DNA from: a virus
Taxonomy: Duplodnaviria; Heunggongvirae; Uroviricota; Caudoviricetes
Length of the DNA: 64,000 bases
Direction: 5' to 3' (one strand)
IMG/VR virus record: IMGVR_UViG_3300032220_001761
Coordinates: 65,134-129,133 of that record
A program made the translations under genes and the position numbers. The notes beneath the pieces were generated by a model. The model was not told the origin of the DNA. It saw only the letters and a list, made by a program, of their open reading frames with translations, and did not search any database. How positions within the stretch are numbered: the stretch's first letter is position 1; every line of letters begins with the position of its first letter. Below, one piece after another: positions 19,706 to 29,700 of this stretch.

Positions 19706-19789
19706 AACTACTTTTTATATGGGCCAAAGTAGAATATTCCATCGACATAAAAAAATGTTTCTATAAATATTTTTCTGCTAATAAAATTA

Positions 19790-19820
19790 GCACAAAAAAA
19801 GCTAGGATGCCCTAGCTTTT
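19790..19820 (-). terminator. intrinsic terminator
   Basis: GCACAAAAAAAGCTAGG..CCTAGC. Confidence 0.7.
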
Positions 19821-19837
19821 CGTAATGATCTTACTAA

Positions 19838-20023
19838 TTAAAGTATTTCGCCGTCTCCCAGATCTTCAGTTGCCTCAACAACATCTTCTGCAGCAGATGA
19901 CAGTAAATTTTTAGTTGTATCAGGTTCTTCACCTGTAACAACATTAACCGCATCTTTTACGACAGCTACGGGCGTTAATGCTGTTTTAACAGCAGCACTA
20001 AACATGTTAGTTAAAAATCCCAT
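19838..20023 (-). CDS. small hypothetical protein
   Basis: 61 aa ORF followed by terminator. Confidence 0.7.
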   Translation of the reverse strand: MGFLTNMFSAAVKTALTPVAVVKDAVNVVTGEEPDTTKNLLSSAAEDVVEATEDLGDGEIL

Positions 20024-20065
20024 TCTCTTTTTTTATTTATATGAATTATCTTGGAAGAACTTTCC

Positions 20066-20269
20066 TTAGAATTGGATTAGATCTATGGCCATTTCACCAG
20101 TACCCTTTCCATTAAATGTAATTTCGTAATTAGGATCCATACCAGAGGTCATGACGTCATTAATAAGTTCGTCAATAGTAGGAAATGACTTTTCGTAATA
20201 TGAGCAGTCTAAGCTATATCCCTGGGATTTATCAACGCCAAAGGATTCAAATAATTTCAAATGTTTCAT
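20066..20269 (-). CDS. hypothetical protein with MKHLKLFESF leader
   Basis: Leader motif; GATATATA 20275-20282. Confidence 0.75.
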   Translation of the reverse strand: MKHLKLFESFGVDKSQGYSLDCSYYEKSFPTIDELINDVMTSGMDPNYEITFNGKGTGEMAIDLIQF

Positions 20270-20287
20270 GCAACTATATATCCAAGC

Positions 20288-20578
20288 TCACATCGTAGCG
20301 TTGCAATTTTTGCAACCACCAGAATTATTTTCTCTCTCCCCGCCCATGCCTTTGTACTTGATCCATGGGCCATCTGGATCTCCTGTTCCATCCCAATCAT
20401 CCAGTGCCTTTTGAGCATCCACTGCGGAAGAGTAGCAGTACCTCCCTTTGTAACCCACACTATCCATTCCTATCACCAAGCCTGTGGTGAAAGCAAACTT
20501 CATAAGTCCACAAATCCCTTGTCCTGGGATTTCACGAATTGAATAGTATCCCTCCTTTTGTAATTCTTCTACTGTCAT
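20288..20578 (-). CDS. hypothetical protein
   Basis: Packed ORF. Confidence 0.7.
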   Translation of the reverse strand: MTVEELQKEGYYSIREIPGQGICGLMKFAFTTGLVIGMDSVGYKGRYCYSSAVDAQKALDDWDGTGDPDGPWIKYKGMGGERENNSGGCKNCNATM

Positions 20579-21051
20579 ATTTTTTTATCCAATGCTTTTT
20601 TTATCTCACCAATAGAGGGCTTGTTTTTCCAGTGTCCTAGTACCTTAATGTTATCAGTCCAAAATTGGATTGCCTCTATCTCATCATCAAGTGTACAAAT
20701 GTGCATATTAATCCCATATTCCGGATTAGTAGTAACCTTATGACTGAACATCCAAGCTCTTTGTTGCTGGACAAAATTTATAACTAAAGCCTGATCCCAG
20801 ATTTTCAAATTTGTAAAGATAGCAAGAATAGGTCTGCTAATAACTCTTTTTTTATTATCATCCACATCAGACTTTATGTGCTGTATGAGGATCCAATCGC
20901 CAAATTTCCATTTATGATTTCCAAGATCATCCCAGAAAAAAGGTATTTTATTATCAGATTCTTCGTCTAGAGACTTGTAATTTAAAAACCAATCTCTAGC
21001 TTCTTCCATGTTATTGAATATCATTTGCATCTTTCTTTTAGTTCTTCCCAA
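20575..21051 (-). CDS. hypothetical protein
   Basis: Packed ORF; start uncertain. Confidence 0.7.
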   Translation of the reverse strand: MGRTKRKMQMIFNNMEEARDWFLNYKSLDEESDNKIPFFWDDLGNHKWKFGDWILIQHIKSDVDDNKKRVISRPILAIFTNLKIWDQALVINFVQQQRAWMFSHKVTTNPEYGINMHICTLDDEIEAIQFWTDNIKVLGHWKNKPSIGEIKKALDKKI

Positions 21052-21455
21052 GTAGGTTTAGTTCCAGGATCGACAAACATTTCCCATCCATCTTCGTAGA
21101 TCTCTCTTTGTGTAAAGATATAATTTGGATCTGATCTATCGACGTATTTTAGAACACCCTTATCATTCTCTATATGAAGATATGCACTATCGTATTCAGC
21201 TCCATCCATATGGAAATGATCACAAGTAGAAGACCCTGCGAGATGAGGTTCTTTGTCTTGCAATTCCTTAGCATATTTCATTTTTGCCTGAAACCAATCC
21301 TTAACAAAATCCCCGCTTTTGAATTCAAATTTTTTCTCACTCGTGTGAATGTAAACATGATGATATACGAGTGTTGAGGGATTCAATTCTATGCGATTAC
21401 CGTCATCGTCATAATCATGAGAACATCCATCATAACTAATTCCAATTACTGCCAT
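21021..21455 (-). CDS. hypothetical protein
   Basis: Promoter variant at about 21470-21505 upstream. Confidence 0.7.
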   Translation of the reverse strand: MAVIGISYDGCSHDYDDDGNRIELNPSTLVYHHVYIHTSEKKFEFKSGDFVKDWFQAKMKYAKELQDKEPHLAGSSTCDHFHMDGAEYDSAYLHIENDKGVLKYVDRSDPNYIFTQREIYEDGWEMFVDPGTKPTWEELKERCK

Positions 21456-21514
21456 ATTGTTTTATTTTTGTAAAGATAGAAAAATCTATACAAATAAAAA
21501 ATGAAACAGAAAAA

Positions 21515-22882
21515 TTAATTATGCGATATGCTAGATGGCGTAACAGGTAAGGAATTAACAGTCACTGTTCCAGACCCTACACCTTGACACCCATTCTGGT
21601 CTGTACCCGTTACGTTATATGTTATCGTTGAAGGAGGTGTAGATACAACACTAGGACCAGTTGTTTGATTGAGCCATGTTGGTGGATTCCAAAGATATGT
21701 TACAGCTCCAGAGGCATTAAGAATAGCGCTATCTCCCGGACATATATCAACAGAATTCACAGTAATTACGGGATTTGGGTATACATTAACTGTATAAGAT
21801 AGAGTATCACTACAACCCAGCTCAGTAACCGCAATCAAAGAAACTTCGTATTGTCCAGGGGAAGAATATAAATGCGTTGGATTTTGTTGGTTTGAATTAG
21901 TGCCATCACCAAAATTCCACAACCAGGATATTATAGGGCTATGAACTGAAGTAGTACTATTTACAAGATTTAAAGGAAATCCTATACAAGGATTGTTATA
22001 ACTAAATCCCATCTGTGGATCTGCTGGATTTATGATAGATGATAGATTAGCAACACATCCTGAAAATGATATTATCTCACATGTTATTAAATTATAATTA
22101 CTAGGATTTACAGTAATGGTTTGTGTTGTCTCTCCAGTGCTCCAATTATATGATTGGAATCCAGGAGGAGCTGTTAAAACAGCTACAGTATCACCAACAC
22201 AATAGTTAATTTCTATCTCCATAGGTTGGCAGGAAATAGCATCTATATAAGCATATCCAAAATGCCCACCCAAAGCACAATCTCCTGTTCTAAACTCAAC
22301 AGTAACTGGCTGACCTATATAAGCGGTAAGATCCACACCAACGGTGGTCCAGTTTCTATAGGTTATTAGAATAGGATCTCCCTGACTGTCTATTCCAGGA
22401 CAGGTTTGAAACCCAGGAAGATTTGATGCCGCGCTAACCATATATTCAGTACATGGTATAGCATTTCCTCCAACAATTACCCTAGTATCAAATCTAGGCT
22501 GTTCTTCTTCAATGTGTCCAGGATCTTCAAAAATTACGGCATAGCTATAGGTAAAAAGAGTTGTGTTTGGAGTAACAGTAAAGGTATACCTTAAAGCCTC
22601 AGCTTGATTATTGATGTTTGCATTCCCCAATCTAGCCGAGAAATTTCCTCCCCAGGGACAAACTACTGGAACCTGGTTGCATGTATTTGGATCAGTTCCA
22701 TTTCCACTCGTAATAGTATGTCTCCCTGGAACTATCCCCATTACTGGAGTATTGATCGGACAACAAACACCTCTCATCCCTTGCCATCCGGTAAAATTCC
22801 CAAGCTCGAAATCTGCATTTAAGCACTGAGAAAATGTTTCTAATCCTGTTATGATTAGTAATAGTGTAATTAAAAATCTCAT
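21515..22882 (-). CDS. secreted PKD-domain protein ending PSSISHN
   Basis: Signal peptide; NADFE.GNFTGW N-domain; WLWNFGDG..S..QNPTH.Y PKD. Confidence 0.8.
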   Translation of the reverse strand: MRFLITLLLIITGLETFSQCLNADFELGNFTGWQGMRGVCCPINTPVMGIVPGRHTITSGNGTDPNTCNQVPVVCPWGGNFSARLGNANINNQAEALRYTFTVTPNTTLFTYSYAVIFEDPGHIEEEQPRFDTRVIVGGNAIPCTEYMVSAASNLPGFQTCPGIDSQGDPILITYRNWTTVGVDLTAYIGQPVTVEFRTGDCALGGHFGYAYIDAISCQPMEIEINYCVGDTVAVLTAPPGFQSYNWSTGETTQTITVNPSNYNLITCEIISFSGCVANLSSIINPADPQMGFSYNNPCIGFPLNLVNSTTSVHSPIISWLWNFGDGTNSNQQNPTHLYSSPGQYEVSLIAVTELGCSDTLSYTVNVYPNPVITVNSVDICPGDSAILNASGAVTYLWNPPTWLNQTTGPSVVSTPPSTITYNVTGTDQNGCQGVGSGTVTVNSLPVTPSSISHN

Positions 22883-23466
22883 TATCTTATTAAAACTATA
22901 TGCCCTATTTTTTGGCCCTCAATCCCATTAACATCCTTCCAATTAGCTTTATAAACATAAACGTCATCTTGAACATAGTAAAAAGGATCACCTATAGGTT
23001 TATTCTTTACATATGTTCCATCCCACCAATCGTCCATTGATGTAGCGTAATAAATCTCTTCACCCCAGCGATTGAAAATCCTCCATTCAATCTCTACTAT
23101 ACCTATTCCCTTAGGTCCCCATCTATCATTAACCCTATCATTATTTGGTGTGAATGCGTTGGGAAAATATATTGCAGCTTCCGCACACTCTATAACATGA
23201 ACTATATAATTCTCCTCAGGTGAAGAGCATAACCCATTTAGCTCAACCTCAATATTAAAATCCCCAGGCTCGGTCCAAGTTATGGTTACGCTACTGTTGT
23301 TTGAAATTGTATCGCTTCCAAGTCTCCATAGCCAGCTACCCACTGAATTAGAAGAGGAGTAATAGGTAAATGTATTTCTATTACCAGGACACAGCTCTAC
23401 TGTTTGTTGTCCTTTGGCCAGCATAAAATTCAACAGTAGAATTAATACTATCCAAAACGTTTTCAT
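22882..23466 (-). CDS. secreted protein with T9SS type-B (gliding-motility-associated) C-terminal domain
   Basis: FPNAFTPNNDRVND, IFNRWGE, WDGTY, GHIVLIR. Confidence 0.85.
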   Translation of the reverse strand: MKTFWIVLILLLNFMLAKGQQTVELCPGNRNTFTYYSSSNSVGSWLWRLGSDTISNNSSVTITWTEPGDFNIEVELNGLCSSPEENYIVHVIECAEAAIYFPNAFTPNNDRVNDRWGPKGIGIVEIEWRIFNRWGEEIYYATSMDDWWDGTYVKNKPIGDPFYYVQDDVYVYKANWKDVNGIEGQKIGHIVLIR

Positions 23467-24026
23467 TAGTTGTGTGATATAGGAGAAATCGTAGGTAAAG
23501 GTAAAACCGTTACCGTGCTATTAGCACTAAATACACAACCAGCCAAAGTATAGGTATAGGTAACATTCGAAGTACCAACGCCAGCGGTTTGCGGACAAAA
23601 TTGGCTACCTGTAACACCGTTTCCTCCCCAAATCCCACCGAGTGGAGTCCCTGTTAAATTTGCACAGGGTTCATCCAAACAGTAAGGGCCCAAGGCTAAT
23701 ATAGTAGGTACAATATTAAGGATAAACACGTTAATGTTTACCGGAGGACTAACGCATCCTGCTGCGTTAGTTGCAAAAACCGATACAGCATTTGGTATTA
23801 ATCCTGGAGATGCTGCACTCCAATCTACGTTGATAATGTTTGTTCCTTGACCAGATACAATAACTCCAGGAGATAAAACTGTCCAGGTATAAGTATTCCC
23901 AGGAACGTTTGTTACCTGGTATATGGAGCCAGGAGTTTGGTAGCACACTGTGTCAGGGTTTATCGTTGATTGACCATCACACAGGAATGGAACTAATAAC
24001 AAAATCAGAAAAATAATTTTTTTCAT
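23466..24026 (-). CDS. secreted PKD/Ig-like protein ending ISPISHN
   Basis: Signal peptide from MKKIIF (24026); YTWTV, F.P..AGVG..VTYTY. Confidence 0.75.
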   Translation of the reverse strand: MKKIIFLILLLVPFLCDGQSTINPDTVCYQTPGSIYQVTNVPGNTYTWTVLSPGVIVSGQGTNIINVDWSAASPGLIPNAVSVFATNAAGCVSPPVNINVFILNIVPTILALGPYCLDEPCANLTGTPLGGIWGGNGVTGSQFCPQTAGVGTSNVTYTYTLAGCVFSANSTVTVLPLPTISPISHN

Positions 24027-24199
24027 CTTTTTAGTTATAATTAAAAATGTAAACACCTTTACATTTCGAAATAAGCTAATTTGTGTCCGGGAATTTGGAC
24101 TATTGCAGGCATGATAGGTGGATACCCATCTAACACATATATATCAAAAAAAATCTACTATAAGACATCTTTATATAAAAAATCTATCAATATATTAAA

Positions 24200-24238
24200 G
24201 CACACAAAAAAGGGATAGAGCTGTGTCTCTATCCCCTC
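24200..24238 (-). terminator. intrinsic terminator
   Basis: CACAAAAAAGGGATAGAG..CTCTATCCC. Confidence 0.7.
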
Positions 24239-24272
24239 GCCTAGGACTTCTATATGAGCATTTTAAAGAGCT

Positions 24273-24461
24273 TTATTTCTTCTCTAATCTGTGATATAGA
24301 TTCACAGCAATAAATGCGGCTACAACTAATCTTATAAGTAATTTAGCAGGTGTTAAATAAAAGAACCCATGATTTTCGTCCATAGAGAGTGAGGCATTCA
24401 CTGTGAAGATCAATATGAAGGAAATTATATAGATAGATAAGAATGATAAGAATTTATTCAT
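24273..24461 (-). CDS. small membrane protein
   Basis: Hydrophobic 62 aa. Confidence 0.55.
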   Translation of the reverse strand: MNKFLSFLSIYIISFILIFTVNASLSMDENHGFFYLTPAKLLIRLVVAAFIAVNLYHRLEKK

Positions 24462-24523
24462 TTCAAAATGTTTTTTTCTAATACCGATGTTATTGAGTAT
24501 AGTTTCAGTAAATATAGAATTTA

Positions 24524-25045
24524 CTATTTATTACTTATCGTTTCAGCTACATATTCAGTATATGAAATGCTTCGATCTATCATCTCACTTAGATAATCTG
24601 CATATTCTTTAGAAACATCTGTATTAGTAATCCCTGTGTAATTATCTAATGAAACTAATTCTTCGTAGGGAAGATCAAATTTAGAAAAGTCATTACCTAT
24701 ATAACGATATATTGGTCTTGAATCTATTCTAGAATTTCCTATAAACTCAAGGTCACTTCTTTCTATATCAAAATCGTAAAGAGATATAACTATAGATCTT
24801 TTAAGAAGGTCTTTATTCTTAGGAGTCATCTCCATAGGTCCAAATGGAGTTTTATCCTTTTTACTCTTAACCTCCTCTTTTTTCACCGCCGGGTATTTAA
24901 AGTCTCCAATAAATTCCCCATACACTGAAGAGGTTTCTATTTTTTTATTCTCACCTTTTATGGTAGAGATTGTTTCCTCCACCTTAGGTTCAGTAAATTT
25001 TTTATCCTTGTTACCGCCAATAAGTTTTAAAAGAGAATCTAACAT
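24524..25045 (-). CDS. hypothetical protein
   Basis: 173 aa ORF. Confidence 0.7.
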   Translation of the reverse strand: MLDSLLKLIGGNKDKKFTEPKVEETISTIKGENKKIETSSVYGEFIGDFKYPAVKKEEVKSKKDKTPFGPMEMTPKNKDLLKRSIVISLYDFDIERSDLEFIGNSRIDSRPIYRYIGNDFSKFDLPYEELVSLDNYTGITNTDVSKEYADYLSEMIDRSISYTEYVAETISNK

Positions 25046-25177
25046 ACAACATCATTTATAAAATTATAGGAAGTCTCAAAAGATAAGTTTCTGACTCACA
25101 AAAACTTTAGATTTATCCAAGAAAAATTCAAGGAAACCCTTATAAACATTAGGAAAATTAAGATATATAGTTCTAAG

Positions 25178-25399
25178 ATGAAGACTCTATTCATCCTTCT
25201 TTTATTATCTGTTTTTGCATCATGCTCCCCAGATTTTTCAAAACCTAAATATTCTAAAAGGATTTGCAGATCTAGTCATGGATGGGAAAGAAGACATTTG
25301 CCCATTATAAAAACAGGTACTTTTAGAAATCCATTAATAAAAAAAGAGGCTAGAAGAGAAATGCTAGCAACTAAAATAATAAGTTTTGACCCGTGGTAA
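25178..25399 (+). CDS. predicted lipoprotein
   Basis: Lipobox-like FASC; GATATATA 25162-25169. Confidence 0.65.
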   Translation: MKTLFILLLLSVFASCSPDFSKPKYSKRICRSSHGWERRHLPIIKTGTFRNPLIKKEARREMLATKIISFDPW

Positions 25400-25794
25400 G
25401 ATTATTCTTCCTTTTCGTTTTTATGTTTCCTTCATTGGCTTTTTCTCAGTCTTTGATACAAGGTGATCTAGTCCTTACCCCTATAGTTGATGGTATAGAG
25501 CCATATCAATTTATACAGGATTTTAGAATTCAATATACTGACAGCGGAAGGTGCACAGATGAATCTTTTGTTGAACTAATTACAGAAGGAGGGCACGTAT
25601 CTCTCAAACCAATAAGATTTGCGATATCATGCAAAATAGTATCGTGGGGTAGGATAGCGAATGAAAAAGATATGTCCATCCTTTTAAACTACCCGATTAT
25701 TATGGTAAGGATAGAAAATCCTCAATCTGAAAACATATTTTATTTTAAGATAGAAGACACTGAAAAAATAAGATCAATACTAAAAAAATACTGA
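25393..25794 (+). CDS. secreted hypothetical protein
   Basis: Signal peptide. Confidence 0.65.
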   Translation: MVRLFFLFVFMFPSLAFSQSLIQGDLVLTPIVDGIEPYQFIQDFRIQYTDSGRCTDESFVELITEGGHVSLKPIRFAISCKIVSWGRIANEKDMSILLNYPIIMVRIENPQSENIFYFKIEDTEKIRSILKKY

Positions 25795-25795
25795 C

Positions 25796-26704
25796 ATGAA
25801 ATCGTTCATACTCCTGTGCTTATTTCTGATTGGATTATCATCAGATGCTCAGACTTTTTATATGGATTCAGTTATTACATATACACAAGGACTCACGAAT
25901 AGTGGAAATCAGGTAACTTCTTCTAGATCCAACCCATTGAATTCTTTAGACCAGCCACAGATGAATGATATTGAAACTGGGAATCTGAATTTCTTTTCCC
26001 TTGGATTTGGTGGTTCTATAGTTTTAAAAACAGAATATCCTGTCTTAGTAAATCCTCTTTCTCAATTACAAATATTTGAAACTACATATAATTACGATTG
26101 TAGCTACTATCCAGAAAAGGCCAAAATATACGTTTCAAAAGATAATCAAAATTTTGAGCTTTTAGGGGAGACGTGTGGAAATAATAATACTATCTTCTCA
26201 TTGTATCAAAAAATAGATACAATAAATTACATAAGAATTAATGACTGCAGCGACACTTCAAAGTTTTCTAATTTCTTAGATGCAGATGCTTATGACCTTG
26301 ATGGGATACAGATTTATAACCTAGTACCTCTAAGCATAGAGCTTGACTTTTTTAATGTAAGAATGGAGGAGGAAATGCTTCTTATAAATTTTAGAACCTT
26401 ATCTGAATCTGGTACATTAAGATTTTATATTCAGTCATCAACTGACCTTATTAATTTTAAGGATCTGGAAATATATTTTATCGGGGCAAACTACTCAAGC
26501 TTCCCAAGAGACTATTCAGGATCTATTAAATACAACCAGATAGAATCAGTAGAATACGTAAGGTTAAAAGAAGTAGATTTAAACGGAGATATCTTTTACT
26601 TCGATCCAGTTCCAATTACAAAAAAATATAAAGTACTAAAAGGAACCTTTTACGATCTTCTAGGAAGACAAACAAGAGAAGGGAACTTTCTTATAAAGTA
26701 CTAA
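25796..26704 (+). CDS. secreted protein with short T9SS type-A CTD-like end
   Basis: Signal peptide; FFSLGFGG.I; PLSIELDFF; C-terminal FYDLLGRQ. Confidence 0.65.
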   Translation: MKSFILLCLFLIGLSSDAQTFYMDSVITYTQGLTNSGNQVTSSRSNPLNSLDQPQMNDIETGNLNFFSLGFGGSIVLKTEYPVLVNPLSQLQIFETTYNYDCSYYPEKAKIYVSKDNQNFELLGETCGNNNTIFSLYQKIDTINYIRINDCSDTSKFSNFLDADAYDLDGIQIYNLVPLSIELDFFNVRMEEEMLLINFRTLSESGTLRFYIQSSTDLINFKDLEIYFIGANYSSFPRDYSGSIKYNQIESVEYVRLKEVDLNGDIFYFDPVPITKKYKVLKGTFYDLLGRQTREGNFLIKY

Positions 26705-26936
26705 TCTTTATTCTTTTTCTTATGTAAGCCTTGTCCTCTATATTAAACCAATACATTGTGGCTTGTCCTATTCTGGTATCAAAACAAGAATAAGAGGCAA
26801 TAGGTGTTTTTTCTATATTCTTAATCAGATTTGTGTCTTTGGTTATAAGTACAAATTCACATTCGTTCTCAGTGCTATACGTTTGGCTGAAAGAGATGAA
26901 AGGGATAAGTAAAAAGAGAAGTGACAATTTCTTCAT
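26691..26936 (-). CDS. small secreted protein
   Basis: Signal peptide MKKLSLLFLL. Confidence 0.6.
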   Translation of the reverse strand: MKKLSLLFLLIPFISFSQTYSTENECEFVLITKDTNLIKNIEKTPIASYSCFDTRIGQATMYWFNIEDKAYIRKRIKISTL

Positions 26937-27022
26937 TTCGTGTGTTTATAAAACATATCGAAAGTAATAAAATAAGTTTCTTTGTAAATGATTTTTTATA
27001 TTTACAAATAAAATTATCAGAT

Positions 27023-27829
27023 ATGCCAGAAGGACCAGAAGTAAAAAGAATGTCAATCAATATCTCAGAGAGAATAGAAGGTGATAAGATTACAGAGGCT
27101 TTAGTACTCGGAGGGAAATGGATAAAGAATCCGCCAAAGAATATAAACGAATTTCAAAAAGATCTTCCAAGCAAGGTTCAGAATATATCCGCAAAGGGGA
27201 AATCTATTCAGATCTATCTAGAAAATGGATGGACGATATGGAACACATTAGGCATGTCAGGGGGTTGGAAGGATAACCAGGGGAAACATTCACACTTTAG
27301 TATATTGACCGATAAGGGCAAAAAAATATGGTTTGATGACACAAGAAGATTTGGTAATCTGATATTCATAAAAGATCAAAAAGATGTACAGGAGAGATTG
27401 AATAAAATAGGACCGGATCTATTAAACGAAGACGTGTCATTCGATACATTCTCTAATATTATAAAAAGAAGAGGATCCAAACCAGTATCTAAAGTTCTTA
27501 TGGATCAATCTATGATTTCAGGAATAGGCAACTATATAAAATGCGAAGTTCTTTACAGGTCCAAAATATCTCCATGGAGATTATGTCAAGACATCTCAGA
27601 TGAAGAGATGCAGGACCTTTATAAATATTCTTTACTGGTAATCAAGAAAAGTTTTGATCAAGGAGGAGCTACACTTTCTACCTATACAGATATGGATGGT
27701 AAAAAGGGTGAATTTGTTTTCTTTTTTATGGTTTACATGAAAAAAAATTGTCCTCTAGGATACGAGGTAAAAAGAGAAATTACACCAGATGGTAGGACTA
27801 CTCACTGGGTACCAGAAATTCAAAAATAA
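27023..27829 (+). CDS. Fpg/Nei-family DNA glycosylase
   Basis: MPEGPEV start, LGMSG, DTRRFG, H2TH SGIGNYIKCE; finger region has a single Cys. Confidence 0.9.
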   Translation: MPEGPEVKRMSINISERIEGDKITEALVLGGKWIKNPPKNINEFQKDLPSKVQNISAKGKSIQIYLENGWTIWNTLGMSGGWKDNQGKHSHFSILTDKGKKIWFDDTRRFGNLIFIKDQKDVQERLNKIGPDLLNEDVSFDTFSNIIKRRGSKPVSKVLMDQSMISGIGNYIKCEVLYRSKISPWRLCQDISDEEMQDLYKYSLLVIKKSFDQGGATLSTYTDMDGKKGEFVFFFMVYMKKNCPLGYEVKREITPDGRTTHWVPEIQK

Positions 27830-27852
27830 TAGGCACTTATATTTTTCTAAAT

Positions 27853-28281
27853 TTAGCAGCTATATGGTATATCAAAATCTGATATAGTAAATAGTCCATC
27901 TAAATTGTGCAAAAGGTCTCCTGGATTAACTCCAAAGGTTCTATAATCTGATAATATCTCTTCACCTGGTTGGATATCTCTAGAAGCGTATGTTGCTTGG
28001 ATTTCATTATCCTCAACTGTGTTAGGCTCAATAGAGTGATTTATGAATCTGCCGTTATCTACACAGAGGTAGTAAAGATCATTGTTTCTGTAGGAATATT
28101 TGTCAAGATATTCTAGCTCTAATAGGGATAATCCCTTTATTTTATTCTTTGCATAAACCCTATCGAAATCAGAATTAAATTCCCAGATCTTAGTTCCTTT
28201 AGGTATAAATTCTACTGCAAAGCATCCTAATCCAGCATTAGGAATTTGACTCATTTCAAGCTTTGTTTTTACTAAAAGCAT
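27853..28281 (-). CDS. SET-domain protein
   Basis: GLGCFA..FI.KG, RFINHS..PN, DI..GEEI..DY. Confidence 0.9.
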   Translation of the reverse strand: MLLVKTKLEMSQIPNAGLGCFAVEFIPKGTKIWEFNSDFDRVYAKNKIKGLSLLELEYLDKYSYRNNDLYYLCVDNGRFINHSIEPNTVEDNEIQATYASRDIQPGEEILSDYRTFGVNPGDLLHNLDGLFTISDFDIPYSC

Positions 28282-28292
28282 AATACGTATTC

Positions 28293-28484
28293 TTATTTTT
28301 TAAAATTGCTTATTAAAATCAAACTCCAGGGAAAGATCAAAGATATGATAGATCCCGTAATAATAACATCCTCCAATGATTTTACAGATTTGTTTCCAGC
28401 AACACATATAAAGATCATAGCGGTAATCATAACCCCTACAGGAACACCTTCGTGTTGTTTTAATCTTCTAAAGTATTCTCCCAT
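28293..28484 (-). CDS. small membrane protein
   Basis: Two hydrophobic stretches. Confidence 0.6.
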   Translation of the reverse strand: MGEYFRRLKQHEGVPVGVMITAMIFICVAGNKSVKSLEDVIITGSIISLIFPWSLILISNFKK

Positions 28485-28545
28485 ATAATGTTGAAATTAA
28501 GAATTATATCTATCACAGAGAGAAAAGATTCAGACATACATAAAA

Positions 28546-29700
28546 TTAATTGTGCTGAATTGGTCCAATCGAAAAGGGAGGATAAATGGGAGCAAAGTTA
28601 GGTAATCCCATCCTGGAATTTCTTCCAGCAAGATCTATAGTCAAATTAGAGTACCCACAGCCTAACCCAGGAATATTTGGAAAATTGATCACTGACAAAA
28701 ATGCGCTATTGCGAGAAACATAAATTTTATTATCAGGACCCCGCTGTAAAGAACCCATAAATGGCCCACCAGAGAAAATTAGAGTTCGCGTTGCCTGTAT
28801 CGTTGATAAAACATTACTTGAGATGTCCCACTGAATTAGATTTCCCGAATTTGTAGAAGCATAAACCATTTGACCGTTTGGTGAAAACTCACACCCATAC
28901 GCTCCGATTTCAGTTGATAGAGTTTTTGCATTTGTAACAAATCCTGTGTTTGAATCAAAATCATAAAGCTCTACCTTGTTAACCCCGCTACCCGAAAAAC
29001 CGTAATAACACGCAAGCAATTTTGTTCCGTCCGGACTTGCTTTAAGTTGTCCGTAAGCACTTTGAGTAATCCCACTAGGAACAGCACCAGATGCTGACCA
29101 GGCTTGTATATTACCAATTCCTGTTGCATCAACGGACCAACATCTAAATACACTAGAATTCCAATCTTTGGTTATTATCCAGAGGTCTTGATTATTACAG
29201 CTTCTAACAGCACAAAGTTTCTCGCACGAAAGCTGTGCTGGGGAAAGCAAAGCTACATTTTTATTAGACGTTACAGCCCCTAACCCTCCAGATAATGACA
29301 TATCAACCTCAGACCAACGTATGCCATCAGGACCTGCATCATTATCACTAGTGAATATGTAATAGATATTGGTTGACATTGGCTTTTTAACAATTATAGA
29401 GGATTGTGTGGATGAAAAATCACCCAGTAACCCATTGCCATTCGTCATCATTAAATGATTTCTGTTCCAAACAGTTATACCGTTTGTATAAAAAAGTAGA
29501 TTCCCCGAATTGTCTGATATTGTAGCAACACCTTCAGTAGTTGTCAATGCACCATTAGTCAAAGCAACTGGAGCTCCGGAATTAAATGTTATACCTGCAT
29601 TTGATCCAAAATACCAATTTGAATAAGGACCTGCTTGAGGTTTTATTGGTAGGGAGTATAAAAAAAGTGAGAGATTAAGTAAGATGAAGAAAAATTTCAT
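28546..29700 (-). CDS. secreted beta-propeller-like protein ending IGPIQHN
   Basis: Signal peptide; NWYFG..AG, GNLLFYTNG, repeated SPDG/SPNG, GLPNF. Confidence 0.8.
   Translation of the reverse strand: MKFFFILLNLSLFLYSLPIKPQAGPYSNWYFGSNAGITFNSGAPVALTNGALTTTEGVATISDNSGNLLFYTNGITVWNRNHLMMTNGNGLLGDFSSTQSSIIVKKPMSTNIYYIFTSDNDAGPDGIRWSEVDMSLSGGLGAVTSNKNVALLSPAQLSCEKLCAVRSCNNQDLWIITKDWNSSVFRCWSVDATGIGNIQAWSASGAVPSGITQSAYGQLKASPDGTKLLACYYGFSGSGVNKVELYDFDSNTGFVTNAKTLSTEIGAYGCEFSPNGQMVYASTNSGNLIQWDISSNVLSTIQATRTLIFSGGPFMGSLQRGPDNKIYVSRNSAFLSVINFPNIPGLGCGYSNLTIDLAGRNSRMGLPNFAPIYPPFSIGPIQHN

Noticed and set aside
24033-24140. Upstream frame ATG TGT TAG... with three in-frame TAGs
   Set aside because: The ATG overlaps the GATATATA motif and the peptide does not look protein-like; probably chance within a 5' UTR
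21515-29700. C-terminal HN as an intein end
   Set aside because: His-Asn is followed by a stop with no C-extein Cys/Ser/Thr, and no Hint-domain motifs are visible
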